Shown in pieces: positions 23,713 to 33,814 of a DNA stretch of 64,000 bases; position 1 is the first letter of the stretch; each line of letters starts with the position of its first letter. The notes beneath the pieces were generated by a model. The model saw nothing but the letters and a program-made list of their open reading frames with translations. It made no database searches and was not told the DNA's origin. The DNA is from Escherichia coli (GTDB taxonomy: Bacteria > Pseudomonadota > Gammaproteobacteria > Enterobacterales > Enterobacteriaceae). A program made the translations under genes and the position numbers. The stretch lies in assembly GCF_013315695.1 (NCBI RefSeq), contig NZ_CP054353.1; one strand, written 5' to 3'.

Positions 23713-24678
23713 ATGCGCATCGGACAATATCAGCTCAGAAATCGCCTGATCGCAGCGCCCATGGCTGGCATTACAGACAGACCTTTTCGGACGTTGTGCT
23801 ACGAGATGGGAGCCGGATTGACAGTATCCGAGATGATGTCTTCTAACCCACAGGTTTGGGAAAGCGACAAATCTCGTTTACGGATGGTGCACATTGATGA
23901 ACCCGGTATTCGCACCGTGCAAATTGCTGGTAGCGATCCGAAAGAAATGGCAGATGCAGCACGTATTAACGTGGAAAGCGGTGCCCAGATTATTGATATC
24001 AATATGGGTTGCCCGGCTAAAAAAGTGAATCGCAAGCTCGCAGGTTCAGCCCTTTTGCAGTACCCGGATGTCGTTAAATCGATCCTAACCGAGGTCGTCA
24101 ATGCAGTGGACGTTCCTGTTACCCTGAAGATTCGCACTGGCTGGGCACCGGAACACCGTAACTGCGAAGAGATTGCCCAACTGGCTGAAGACTGTGGCAT
24201 TCAGGCTCTGACCATTCATGGCCGTACACGCGCCTGTTTGTTCAATGGAGAAGCTGAGTACGACAGTATTCGGGCAGTTAAGCAGAAAGTTTCCATTCCG
24301 GTTATCGCGAATGGCGACATTACTGACCCGCTTAAAGCCAGAGCTGTGCTCGACTATACAGGGGCCGATGCCCTGATGATAGGCCGCGCAGCTCAGGGAA
24401 GACCCTGGATCTTTCGGGAAATCCAGCATTATCTGGACACTGGGGAGTTGCTGCCCCCGCTGCCTTTGGCAGAGGTTAAGCGCTTGCTTTGCGCGCACGT
24501 TCGGGAACTGCATGACTTTTATGGTCCGGCAAAAGGGTACCGAATTGCACGTAAACACGTTTCCTGGTATCTCCAGGAACACGCTCCAAATGACCAGTTT
24601 CGGCGCACATTCAACGCCATTGAGGATGCCAGCGAACAGCTGGAGGCGTTGGAGGCATACTTCGAAAATTTTGCGTAA
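23713..24678 (+). CDS. dusB: tRNA-dihydrouridine synthase B
   Basis: 321-aa translation [26 protein letters not shown]... (Dus family TIM barrel). Confidence 0.95.
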   Translation: MRIGQYQLRNRLIAAPMAGITDRPFRTLCYEMGAGLTVSEMMSSNPQVWESDKSRLRMVHIDEPGIRTVQIAGSDPKEMADAARINVESGAQIIDINMGCPAKKVNRKLAGSALLQYPDVVKSILTEVVNAVDVPVTLKIRTGWAPEHRNCEEIAQLAEDCGIQALTIHGRTRACLFNGEAEYDSIRAVKQKVSIPVIANGDITDPLKARAVLDYTGADALMIGRAAQGRPWIFREIQHYLDTGELLPPLPLAEVKRLLCAHVRELHDFYGPAKGYRIARKHVSWYLQEHAPNDQFRRTFNAIEDASEQLEALEAYFENFA

Positions 24679-24703
24679 ACAGAAATAAAGAGCTGACAGA
24701 ACT

Positions 24704-25000
24704 ATGTTCGAACAACGCGTAAATTCTGACGTACTGACCGTTTCTACCGTTAACTCTCAGGATCAGGTAACCCAAAAACCCCTGCGTGACTCGGTTAAAC
24801 AGGCACTGAAGAACTATTTTGCTCAACTGAACGGTCAGGATGTGAATGACCTCTATGAGCTGGTACTGGCTGAAGTAGAACAGCCCCTGTTGGACATGGT
24901 GATGCAATACACCCGTGGTAACCAGACCCGTGCTGCGCTGATGATGGGCATCAACCGTGGTACGCTGCGTAAAAAATTGAAAAAATACGGCATGAACTAA
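24704..25000 (+). CDS. fis: Nucleoid-associated protein Fis
   Basis: 98-aa translation [98 protein letters not shown]. Confidence 0.98.
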
Positions 25001-25026
25001 TTCAGGTTAGCTAAATGCTTGATTAA

Positions 25027-25062
25027 AAAGGCGCTACTCGGCATGGGGAAGCGCCTTTTTTA
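25027..25062 (+). terminator. Intrinsic terminator after fis
   Basis: aaaggcgc ... gcgccttt inverted repeat followed by a T-run (ttttttat) about 25 bp after the fis stop. Confidence 0.55.
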
Positions 25063-25085
25063 TAGGTGTCACAAAGGGAGTGACC

Positions 25086-25970
25086 ATGAGAACAGGATGT
25101 GAACCGACCCGATTTGGTAATGAAGCAAAGACCATCATCCAAGGTGATGCATTAACCGAACTTAAAAAGATCCCCGCCGAAAGTGTAGATCTGATCTTTG
25201 CCGACCCACCGTATAACATCGGTAAAAATTTTGATGGTCTGATCGAAGCCTGGAAAGAAGATCTGTTTATCGACTGGCTGTTTGAAGTGATTGCAGAGTG
25301 CCACCGCGTTCTGAAAAAGCAGGGCAGCATGTACATCATGAACAGCACGGAAAACATGCCCTTTATCGATCTCCAGTGCCGCAAGCTTTTTACCATCAAA
25401 AGTCGCATCGTCTGGTCATATGACAGTTCTGGAGTGCAGGCGAAAAAACACTACGGCTCCATGTACGAACCCATCCTGATGATGGTGAAAGACGCAAAGA
25501 ACTACACGTTCAACGGTGATGCTATTCTGGTAGAAGCCAAAACCGGATCGCAGCGCGCGTTGATCGATTATCGCAAAAATCCTCCACAGCCTTACAATCA
25601 TCAAAAAGTACCGGGTAACGTCTGGGATTTTCCGCGCGTGCGTTATTTGATGGATGAATATGAGAATCACCCGACGCAAAAACCGGAAGCCTTACTGAAA
25701 CGCATTATTCTCGCCTCTTCCAACCCAGGCGATATCGTTCTCGACCCGTTTGCCGGTAGCTTTACTACCGGTGCCGTAGCCGCCGCCAGCGGGCGAAAAT
25801 TCATTGGTATTGAGATCAACAGCGAGTACATCAAAATGGGGCTTCGACGGCTGGATGTCGCGTCGCATTACTCTGCGGAAGAACTGGCGAAAGTGAAAAA
25901 AAGAAAGACCGGCAACCTGTCAAAACGAAGCCGGTTAAGCGAAGTTGACCCCGATCTCATTGCAAAGTAA
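25086..25970 (+). CDS. yhdJ: N6-adenine DNA methyltransferase YhdJ
   Basis: Translation MRTGCEPTRFGNEAKTIIQGDALTELKKIPAESVDLIFADPPYNIG... with the DPPY catalytic motif. Confidence 0.9.
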   Translation: MRTGCEPTRFGNEAKTIIQGDALTELKKIPAESVDLIFADPPYNIGKNFDGLIEAWKEDLFIDWLFEVIAECHRVLKKQGSMYIMNSTENMPFIDLQCRKLFTIKSRIVWSYDSSGVQAKKHYGSMYEPILMMVKDAKNYTFNGDAILVEAKTGSQRALIDYRKNPPQPYNHQKVPGNVWDFPRVRYLMDEYENHPTQKPEALLKRIILASSNPGDIVLDPFAGSFTTGAVAAASGRKFIGIEINSEYIKMGLRRLDVASHYSAEELAKVKKRKTGNLSKRSRLSEVDPDLIAK

Positions 25971-26053
25971 AGGAAGTGTAAGCCTGGTTTTCAGATTATT
26001 CATTTCGTGTATATTTCCTGCCAGACTTGGTTAAACATGCACAGGCTCAGGTA

Positions 26054-26233
26054 ATGATTCGCAAGTATTGGTGGCTCGTCGTTTTCGCTGTCTTCGTTTT
26101 TCTGTTTGATACTTTACTGATGCAGTGGATTGAACTGCTGGCAACAGAAACAGACAAATGCCGCAATATGAACTCAGTTAATCCACTAAAACTGGTTAAC
26201 TGTGACGAACTGAATTTTCAGGACAGAATGTGA
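26054..26233 (+). CDS. yhdU: Small membrane protein YhdU
   Basis: Translation MIRKYWWLVVFAVFVFLFDTLLMQWIELLATE... (59 aa) with one hydrophobic span; start taken at the internal Met of the ORF-track protein. Confidence 0.7.
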   Translation: MIRKYWWLVVFAVFVFLFDTLLMQWIELLATETDKCRNMNSVNPLKLVNCDELNFQDRM

Positions 26234-26235
26234 AT

Positions 26236-26898
26236 TTATATGACACTTAATTCATTCGTTTGATGAATTAATTTCGTTATGTTTTCATCTGGCATGAACA
26301 TTCTTAATACGTTATCGACCAGTGCGGGTGCTTGTTTATAAAGATCATAACCCGCCATATTCATTAACCAGTTTTGAACAATTCCGCTGAAGGCACCATC
26401 AATAATAATCATCACAACATCTAAATCGAGATTATTTGCTATACAACCTTGTTGCTGACATGCCTGCAATACTTCGCGGAGAGTCTGCGGATTAAAGCCC
26501 ATCTTTTCGCGTATCACTCCCTCTGCCAGCATCTCATCATTAAATTCACATTTGTGATATAAGATTTTCAGCAACGCCTGCTGGCGGGGAATTTTGGCAA
26601 TATATTGCAAGCCAACAATCAATTTTTCACGCAATTGCTGAAACGGGTCATGCTCTAACCCAGCAGTCAAGTGATCCTGGATTAACTCCCGCAATGAAGG
26701 CTGTTGCAACCACATCTCATTAAACAGTTGGGTCTTGTTCTCGAAGTGCCAGTAGATAGCGCCACGCGTAACGTTAGCGGCGTCGGCAATGTCGTTGAGC
26801 GTCGTCTTGCTTACGCCATGCTGCGCAAACTGGGCGATGGCAGTTTCAATCAGTTCTTGCCGGGTCTTCAGAGCTTCGGCTTTGGTTCTTTTTGCCAT
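26236..26898 (-). CDS. acrS: TetR-family repressor of acrEF (AcrS/EnvR)
   Basis: 220-aa translation MAKRTKAEALKTRQELIETAIAQFAQHGVSKTTLNDIADAANVTRGAIYWHFENK... (TetR helix-turn-helix), divergent from acrE. Confidence 0.92.
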   Translation of the reverse strand: MAKRTKAEALKTRQELIETAIAQFAQHGVSKTTLNDIADAANVTRGAIYWHFENKTQLFNEMWLQQPSLRELIQDHLTAGLEHDPFQQLREKLIVGLQYIAKIPRQQALLKILYHKCEFNDEMLAEGVIREKMGFNPQTLREVLQACQQQGCIANNLDLDVVMIIIDGAFSGIVQNWLMNMAGYDLYKQAPALVDNVLRMFMPDENITKLIHQTNELSVI

Positions 26899-27296
26899 GA
26901 TTAATTATTCAGGAAATAAATATATTCGACACAGAGTGAGAAAATAGCGAAGGTTAATCTATCACCTAATGTGTATTTATACGAGAGGCTAATATTGAGT
27001 TGCTATAAATCGTTAAATAAATAATATATATTATTTACCTAAGATACATTCACTACATCAATATATATTTCAATTTACGAGGATTTGATTCTACCTCTTT
27101 CAACCCGCGTCAAAATAAAACAGTAGAATATTAATCTTTTTTTGTGTTTATGTGCCTTGAGACGCCAGTATTCATAACTATTCCTTACATCGACGAATGA
27201 TAATTTGTAGGATAGCGAACTGTATTTTTCTTTCTGCGAGTTAACGCGTTGCCTTTTTGGGTAAATAACGCGCTTTTGGTTTTTTGAGGAATAGTA

Positions 27297-28454
27297 ATGA
27301 CGAAACATGCCAGGTTTTTCCTCCTGCCCTCCTTTATTCTGATCTCCGCGGCTTTAATCGCCGGTTGTAACGATAAGGGAGAAGAGAAAGCTCACGTCGG
27401 TGAACCGCAGGTTACCGTTCATATTGTGAAAACGGCCCCGTTAGAAGTTAAGACTGAATTACCAGGCCGCACCAATGCTTACCGTATAGCCGAAGTTCGC
27501 CCACAGGTTAGCGGGATCGTACTGAGTCGCAATTTCACTGAAGGCAGCGATGTGCAAGCAGGCCAGTCTCTGTACCAGATCGATCCCGCGACCTATCAGG
27601 CAAGTTATGACAGCGCGAAAGGCGAACTGGCGAAAAGTGAAGCCGCCGCCGCCATCGCGCATTTGACGGTAAAACGTTACGTTCCGCTCGTGGGTACGAA
27701 ATACATCAGTCAGCAGGAGTACGACCAGGCCATTGCTGATGCTCGCCAGGCCGATGCCGCCGTGATTGCCGCAAAAGCCACAGTCGAAAGCGCTCGCATC
27801 AATCTCGCTTATACCAAAGTGACTGCGCCAATTAGCGGACGTATCGGCAAATCGACTGTGACCGAAGGCGCTCTTGTCACTAATGGGCAAACGACTGAAC
27901 TGGCGACTGTCCAGCAGCTCGATCCTATCTACGTTGATGTGACCCAATCCAGCAACGATTTTATGAGGCTGAAGCAATCCGTAGAGCAAGGAAATTTGCA
28001 TAAGGAAAACGCCACCAGCAACGTAGAGTTGGTCATGGAGAACGGTCAAACCTATCCCCTGAAAGGTACGCTGCAATTCTCCGATGTGACCGTTGATGAA
28101 AGCACCGGCTCCATAACCCTACGTGCTGTCTTCCCTAACCCGCAACATACGCTTTTGCCGGGTATGTTTGTGCGCGCACGGATTGATGAAGGCGTCCAAC
28201 CTGACGCCATTCTTATCCCGCAACAAGGCGTTAGCCGCACACCACGTGGTGCTGCAACCGTGCTGATTGTTAACAATAAAAGTCAGGTTGAAGCGCGCCC
28301 TGTCGTTGCCAGTCAGGCGATTGGCGATAAGTGGTTGATTAGCGAAGGTCTGAAATCTGGCGATCAAGTCATTGTCAGCGGCCTGCAAAAAGCGCGTCCG
28401 GGAGAGCAGGTTAAAGCCACTACCGATACCCCCGCAGATACTGCATCGAAGTAA
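27297..28454 (+). CDS. acrE: Periplasmic adaptor subunit of the AcrEF-TolC efflux pump
   Basis: 385-aa lipoprotein (signal peptide plus lipobox LIAGC), membrane-fusion-protein family; matches remembered AcrE. Confidence 0.95.
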   Translation: MTKHARFFLLPSFILISAALIAGCNDKGEEKAHVGEPQVTVHIVKTAPLEVKTELPGRTNAYRIAEVRPQVSGIVLSRNFTEGSDVQAGQSLYQIDPATYQASYDSAKGELAKSEAAAAIAHLTVKRYVPLVGTKYISQQEYDQAIADARQADAAVIAAKATVESARINLAYTKVTAPISGRIGKSTVTEGALVTNGQTTELATVQQLDPIYVDVTQSSNDFMRLKQSVEQGNLHKENATSNVELVMENGQTYPLKGTLQFSDVTVDESTGSITLRAVFPNPQHTLLPGMFVRARIDEGVQPDAILIPQQGVSRTPRGAATVLIVNNKSQVEARPVVASQAIGDKWLISEGLKSGDQVIVSGLQKARPGEQVKATTDTPADTASK

Positions 28455-28465
28455 GGTAATCTGAC

Positions 28466-31246
28466 ATGGCAAACTTTTTTATTCGACGACCGATATTTGC
28501 ATGGGTGCTGGCCATTATTCTGATGATGGCGGGCGCACTGGCGATCCTACAATTGCCCGTCGCTCAGTATCCAACCATTGCACCGCCTGCGGTTTCTGTT
28601 TCAGCAAACTATCCGGGCGCTGATGCGCAGACTGTGCAGGATACGGTGACGCAGGTTATCGAACAGAATATGAACGGTATCGATAACCTGATGTATATGT
28701 CCTCCACCAGCGATTCCGCCGGTAGCGTGACAATTACCCTTACCTTCCAGTCCGGGACCGATCCTGATATCGCGCAAGTGCAGGTGCAGAACAAACACCA
28801 GCTCGCCACGCCGTTGCTGCCGCAGGAGGTTCAGCAGCAGGGGATCAGTGTTGAAAAGTCCAGTAGCAGCTATTTGATGGTGGCGGGCTTTGTCTCTGAT
28901 AACCCAGGCACCACACAGGACGATATCTCGGACTATGTGGCCTCTAACGTTAAAGATACGCTTAGCCGTCTGAATGGCGTCGGTGACGTACAGCTTTTCG
29001 GCGCACAGTATGCGATGCGTATCTGGCTGGACGCCGATCTGCTAAACAAATATAAACTGACACCGGTTGATGTGATTAACCAGTTGAAGGTACAGAACGA
29101 TCAGATCGCTGCCGGACAGTTGGGCGGAACGCCAGCGTTACCAGGGCAACAGTTGAACGCCTCGATTATTGCTCAGACGCGGTTAAAAAATCCGGAAGAA
29201 TTCGGCAAAGTGACCTTGCGCGTAAACAGTGACGGCTCGGTGGTACGCCTGAAAGATGTCGCACGGGTTGAACTTGGCGGTGAAAACTATAACGTTATCG
29301 CTCGCATCAACGATAAACCGGCGGCGGGCCTGGGTATTAAGCTGGCAACCGGCGCGAATGCTCTCGATACCGCGAAAGCCATTAAGGCAAAACTGGCGGA
29401 ATTACAGCCATTCTTCCCGCAGGGAATGAAGGTTCTCTACCCTTATGACACCACACCATTCGTCCAGCTTTCTATTCACGAAGTGGTAAAAACGCTGTTC
29501 GAAGCCATTATGCTGGTGTTCCTGGTGATGTATCTGTTCTTGCAGAATATGCGAGCAACGCTGATCCCCACCATTGCGGTACCCGTGGTGTTGTTAGGGA
29601 CGTTTGCCATCCTCGCCGCTTTTGGTTACTCCATCAACACACTAACGATGTTCGGGATGGTGCTTGCCATCGGGCTGCTCGTCGATGATGCGATAGTGGT
29701 GGTGGAGAACGTCGAGCGCGTGATGATGGAGGATAAGCTCCCGCCAAAAGAAGCGACGGAAAAATCGATGTCGCAAATTCAGGGCGCACTGGTGGGTATC
29801 GCGATGGTGCTGTCAGCGGTATTTATTCCAATGGCATTCTTCGGCGGTTCTACTGGGGCAATTTACCGCCAGTTCTCTATCACCATCGTTTCGGCAATGG
29901 CGCTTTCTGTTCTGGTGGCATTGATTCTTACCCCAGCGTTATGTGCAACACTGCTCAAACCCGTCTCTGCTGAGCATCACGAAAATAAGGGCGGTTTCTT
30001 CGGCTGGTTTAATACCACCTTCGATCATAGCGTTAACCACTACACCAACAGCGTCGGCAAAATCCTCGGTTCCACAGGACGATATTTACTGATCTATGCA
30101 CTAATTGTTGCTGGAATGGTGGTGTTGTTTTTACGTCTTCCGTCTTCCTTCTTACCTGAAGAGGATCAGGGAGTCTTTCTGACTATGATTCAGTTACCCG
30201 CTGGCGCGACGCAAGAGCGGACGCAAAAAGTGTTGGATCAAGTGACGGATTACTATCTGAAGAACGAGAAAGCGAACGTAGAAAGTGTCTTTACGGTTAA
30301 CGGCTTTAGCTTCAGCGGCCAGGCACAAAACGCCGGTATGGCCTTCGTCAGTCTGAAACCGTGGGAAGAGCGTAGTGGTGACGAAAACAGTGCGGAAGCG
30401 GTAATCCATCGTGCCAAAATGGAATTGGGCAAGATCCGCGACGGTTTTGTCATTCCATTCAATATGCCAGCCATTGTTGAACTGGGCACGGCAACGGGTT
30501 TCGACTTTGAGTTAATTGATCAGGCTGGGCTGGGTCACGATGCCCTGACCCAGGCCCGTAACCAGTTGCTTGGCATGGCGGCGCAACATCCTGCCAGCTT
30601 AGTCAGCGTGCGTCCTAATGGTCTGGAAGACACCGCGCAGTTTAAACTGGAAGTTGACCAGGAAAAGGCGCAGGCATTAGGTGTTTCACTTTCTGACATC
30701 AATCAGACCATTTCAACGGCGTTGGGTGGGACTTACGTTAACGACTTCATTGACCGTGGTCGCGTGAAAAAGGTGTATGTTCAGGCGGATGCCAAATTCC
30801 GTATGCTGCCAGAAGATGTCGATAAACTTTATGTCCGCAGCGCCAACGGCGAAATGGTGCCATTCTCTGCCTTTACCACTGCACATTGGGTGTATGGCTC
30901 TCCGCGACTGGAGCGCTACAACGGTCTGCCGTCAATGGAGATTCAGGGGGAAGCCGCGCCAGGAACCAGTTCCGGCGATGCCATGGCGTTGATGGAAAAC
31001 ATTGCGTCAAAATTACCGGCGGGCATTGGTTATGACTGGACGGGTATGTCATATCAGGAACGTTTATCGGGAAACCAGGCTCCCGCTCTGGTAGCAATTT
31101 CCTTTGAGGTTGTTTTCCTGTGCCTTGCTGCACTCTATGAAAGCTGGTCAATTCCTGTCTCGGTTATGTTGGTCGTGCCGTTAGGGATTGTCGGCGTGCT
31201 ACTGGCGGCAACACTCTTTAATCAAAAAAATGACGTCTACTTTATG
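28466..31246 (+). pseudogene. acrF: acrF (RND inner-membrane transporter) truncated at its 3' end by IS1
   Basis: Translation matches AcrF from [23 protein letters not shown]... through ...[11 protein letters not shown] (about 927 codons); the frame then runs into the IS1 inverted repeat and stops after 9 IS1-encoded codons (GDAANLLI*). Full-length AcrF is about 1034 aa, so roughly the last 107 codons are absent. Confidence 0.85.
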
Positions 31247-31301
31247 GGTGATGCTGCCAACTTACTGATTTAGTGTATGATGGTGTTTTTGAGGTGCTCC
31301 A

Positions 31302-31577
31302 GTGGCTTCTGTTTCTATCAGCTGTCCCTCCTGTTCAGCTACTGACGGGGTGGTGCGTAACGGCAAAAGCACCGCCGGACATCAGCGCTATCTCTGCTCT
31401 CACTGCCGTAAAACATGGCAACTGCAGTTCACTTACACCGCTTCTCAACCCGGTACGCACCAGAAAATCATTGATATGGCCATGAATGGCGTTGGATGCC
31501 GGGCAACAGCCCGCATTATGGGCGTTGGCCTCAACACGATTTTACGTCACTTAAAAAACTCAGGCCGCAGTCGGTAA
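31302..31577 (+). CDS. insA: IS1 InsA (transposition inhibitor / N-terminal part of the transposase)
   Basis: 91-aa translation [43 protein letters not shown]...; an A6C slippery run (aaaaaac, 31553..31559) lies near its 3' end. Confidence 0.9.
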
Positions 31578-31999
31578 CCTCGCGCATACAGCCGGGCAGT
31601 GACGTCATCGTCTGCGCGGAAATGGACGAACAGTGGGGCTATGTCGGGGCTAAATCGCGCCAGCGCTGGCTGTTTTACGCGTATGACAGGCTCCGGAAGA
31701 CGGTTGTTGCGCACGTATTCGGTGAACGCACTATGGCGACGCTGGGGCGTCTTATGAGCCTGCTGTCACCCTTTGACGTGGTGATATGGATGACGGATGG
31801 CTGGCCGCTGTATGAATCCCGCCTGAAGGGAAAGCTGCACGTAATCAGCAAGCGATATACGCAGCGAATTGAGCGGCATAACCTGAATCTGAGGCAGCAC
31901 CTGGCACGGCTGGGACGGAAGTCGCTGTCGTTCTCAAAATCGGTGGAGCTGCATGACAAAGTCATCGGGCATTATCTGAACATAAAACACTATCAATAA
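31496..31999 (+). CDS. insB: IS1 InsB frame (transposase InsAB' is made by -1 frameshifting from insA)
   Basis: 167-aa translation [64 protein letters not shown]..., matching remembered InsB. Confidence 0.88.
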
Positions 32000-32069
32000 G
32001 TTGGAGTCATTACCCGTTAATAAGAGAGTTAACTTATTAAGCGTTAGCGTTTATTACTGAGGTAACACC

Positions 32070-32291
32070 ATGAAAAGATTAATTCCTGTGGCATTGCTCA
32101 CCGCATTGCTGGCGGGCTGTGCTCACGATTCGCCCTGCGTTCCGGTTTATGATGATCAGGGGCGACTGGTTCACACCAATACCTGTATGAAAGGCACGAC
32201 TCAGGATAACTGGGAAACGGCTGGGGCTATTGCTGGCGGGGCAGCAGCTGTTGCTGGCCTGACGATGGGGATCATCGCTCTGTCGAAATAA
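32070..32291 (+). CDS. yhdV: Small lipoprotein YhdV
   Basis: 73-aa translation MKRLIPVALLTALLAGCAHDS... (lipobox LAGC) with a Gly/Ala-rich C-terminal hydrophobic segment. Confidence 0.85.
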   Translation: MKRLIPVALLTALLAGCAHDSPCVPVYDDQGRLVHTNTCMKGTTQDNWETAGAIAGGAAAVAGLTMGIIALSK

Positions 32292-32295
32292 CTGA

Positions 32296-32320
32296 ACAGA
32301 GCGCGGAGTACCGCGCTCTG
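32296..32320 (+). terminator. Candidate terminator hairpin after yhdV
   Basis: cagagcgcgg agta ccgcgctctg inverted repeat just after the yhdV stop; the following T-tract is weak (tttaa). Confidence 0.4.
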
Positions 32321-32721
32321 TTTAACGATACAGTATCTCACCATAAGATAAAATATTGCTATATTCTGCTGGCTAATTCCCTGCTGATTTAGCATGTTAT
32401 ATCGCGTTATTTCGCTGCTTTCGAAATAACGCATCAATTTAATTTTCACACTTCCCACCAGAATTATACTCACGCTAACAATCATTATTCTGCTTAGTAA
32501 AAAACGCGTAAATATTTTGCGCCAAAATGTGGCGCATGTTTCATTTTCGCACCATTGCGGGGCGCTGTTTTTATTATTTCCTGTCTACACTCAGCTTATT
32601 GCGACGCGAAATCGTGCGCAAAAACTGGCACTACTTTTGCTTATAAGAGGATGGCCACAGACAGGTAAAAGACGTTTCCCAAATGTCCTATAACGATAAT
32701 TTTCGCCTCACAGGAAGCATT

Positions 32722-33747
32722 ATGAAAAAGATGATGATAGCCACACTGGCTGCCGCCAGCGTGCTGCTTGCCGTTGCAAATCAGGCGCATGCTGGCGCGA
32801 CGCTTGATGCCGTACAGAAAAAAGGTTTTGTGCAATGCGGGATCAGTGATGGATTACCTGGGTTCTCTTATGCCGATGCTGACGGTAAATTTTCAGGTAT
32901 TGATGTTGATATTTGTCGTGGTGTTGCCGCTGCTGTATTTGGTGACGACACGAAAGTGAAATATACCCCGCTCACTGCAAAAGAACGCTTCACCGCTTTA
33001 CAGTCAGGGGAGGTGGATTTGCTCTCCCGTAATACGACCTGGACTTCATCTCGCGATGCCGGGATGGGAATGGCATTTACCGGCGTCACTTATTACGACG
33101 GCATTGGCTTCCTGACTCACGATAAAGCGGGACTAAAAAGCGCGAAAGAACTGGATGGCGCAACCGTCTGTATTCAGGCGGGTACTGATACCGAACTCAA
33201 CGTTGCCGATTACTTCAAGGCAAACAATATGAAGTACACACCAGTGACTTTCGATCGCTCTGACGAATCAGCGAAGGCACTGGAATCTGGTCGCTGCGAT
33301 ACGCTGGCCTCGGATCAATCACAACTGTATGCCCTGCGCATCAAATTAAGCAACCCAACTGAATGGATTGTCTTACCGGAAGTTATCTCTAAAGAACCAC
33401 TTGGGCCGGTAGTTCGTCGTGGCGATGATGAATGGTTCTCGATTGTACGCTGGACGCTTTTCGCCATGCTGAATGCTGAAGAGATGGGCATCAATTCCCA
33501 GAACGTCGATGAAAAAGCGGCTAATCCAGCAACGCCCGATATGGCCCATCTGCTGGGTAAAGAGGGCGATTACGGCAAGGATCTGAAGCTGGATAATAAA
33601 TGGGCTTACAACATCATCAAACAGGTGGGTAACTACTCGGAAATTTTTGAGCGTAACGTAGGTTCAGAAAGCCCGCTGAAAATTAAACGTGGGCAAAATA
33701 ATCTCTGGAATAACGGCGGTATTCAGTACGCGCCGCCCGTGCGTTAA
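32722..33747 (+). CDS. yhdW: Periplasmic amino-acid-binding protein of an ABC transporter (intact here)
   Basis: Translation MKKMMIATLAAASVLLAVANQAHAGATLDAVQKKGFVQCG... (signal peptide plus solute-binding fold); first gene of the yhdWXYZ cluster. Confidence 0.9.
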   Translation: MKKMMIATLAAASVLLAVANQAHAGATLDAVQKKGFVQCGISDGLPGFSYADADGKFSGIDVDICRGVAAAVFGDDTKVKYTPLTAKERFTALQSGEVDLLSRNTTWTSSRDAGMGMAFTGVTYYDGIGFLTHDKAGLKSAKELDGATVCIQAGTDTELNVADYFKANNMKYTPVTFDRSDESAKALESGRCDTLASDQSQLYALRIKLSNPTEWIVLPEVISKEPLGPVVRRGDDEWFSIVRWTLFAMLNAEEMGINSQNVDEKAANPATPDMAHLLGKEGDYGKDLKLDNKWAYNIIKQVGNYSEIFERNVGSESPLKIKRGQNNLWNNGGIQYAPPVR

Positions 33748-33814
33748 GTCGGTGTGAGGTAACGAGCGTCGCTACGGCGGCGCTCTCTTCAGCGTTATGC
33801 TTTCCGAGGTTTCT

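Larger units (their letters stand above)
31247..32014 (+). mobile_element. IS1 insertion sequence (768 bp) with terminal inverted repeats
   Basis: Begins ggtgatgctgccaacttactgat and ends atcaataagttggagtcattacc (the IS1 ends); encodes InsA and InsB internally. Confidence 0.95.

Noticed and set aside
27075-27308. 77-codon minus-strand ORF in the acrS-acrE intergenic region
   Set aside because: It lies in an extremely AT-rich promoter region, the translation is Lys/Tyr/Ser-rich and low complexity, and it overlaps the acrE start; most likely a chance frame.
32201-32485. 94-codon minus-strand ORF spanning the yhdV 3' end and the yhdV-yhdW intergenic region
   Set aside because: It overlaps yhdV antisense and extends across a predicted terminator hairpin; composition is unconvincing.
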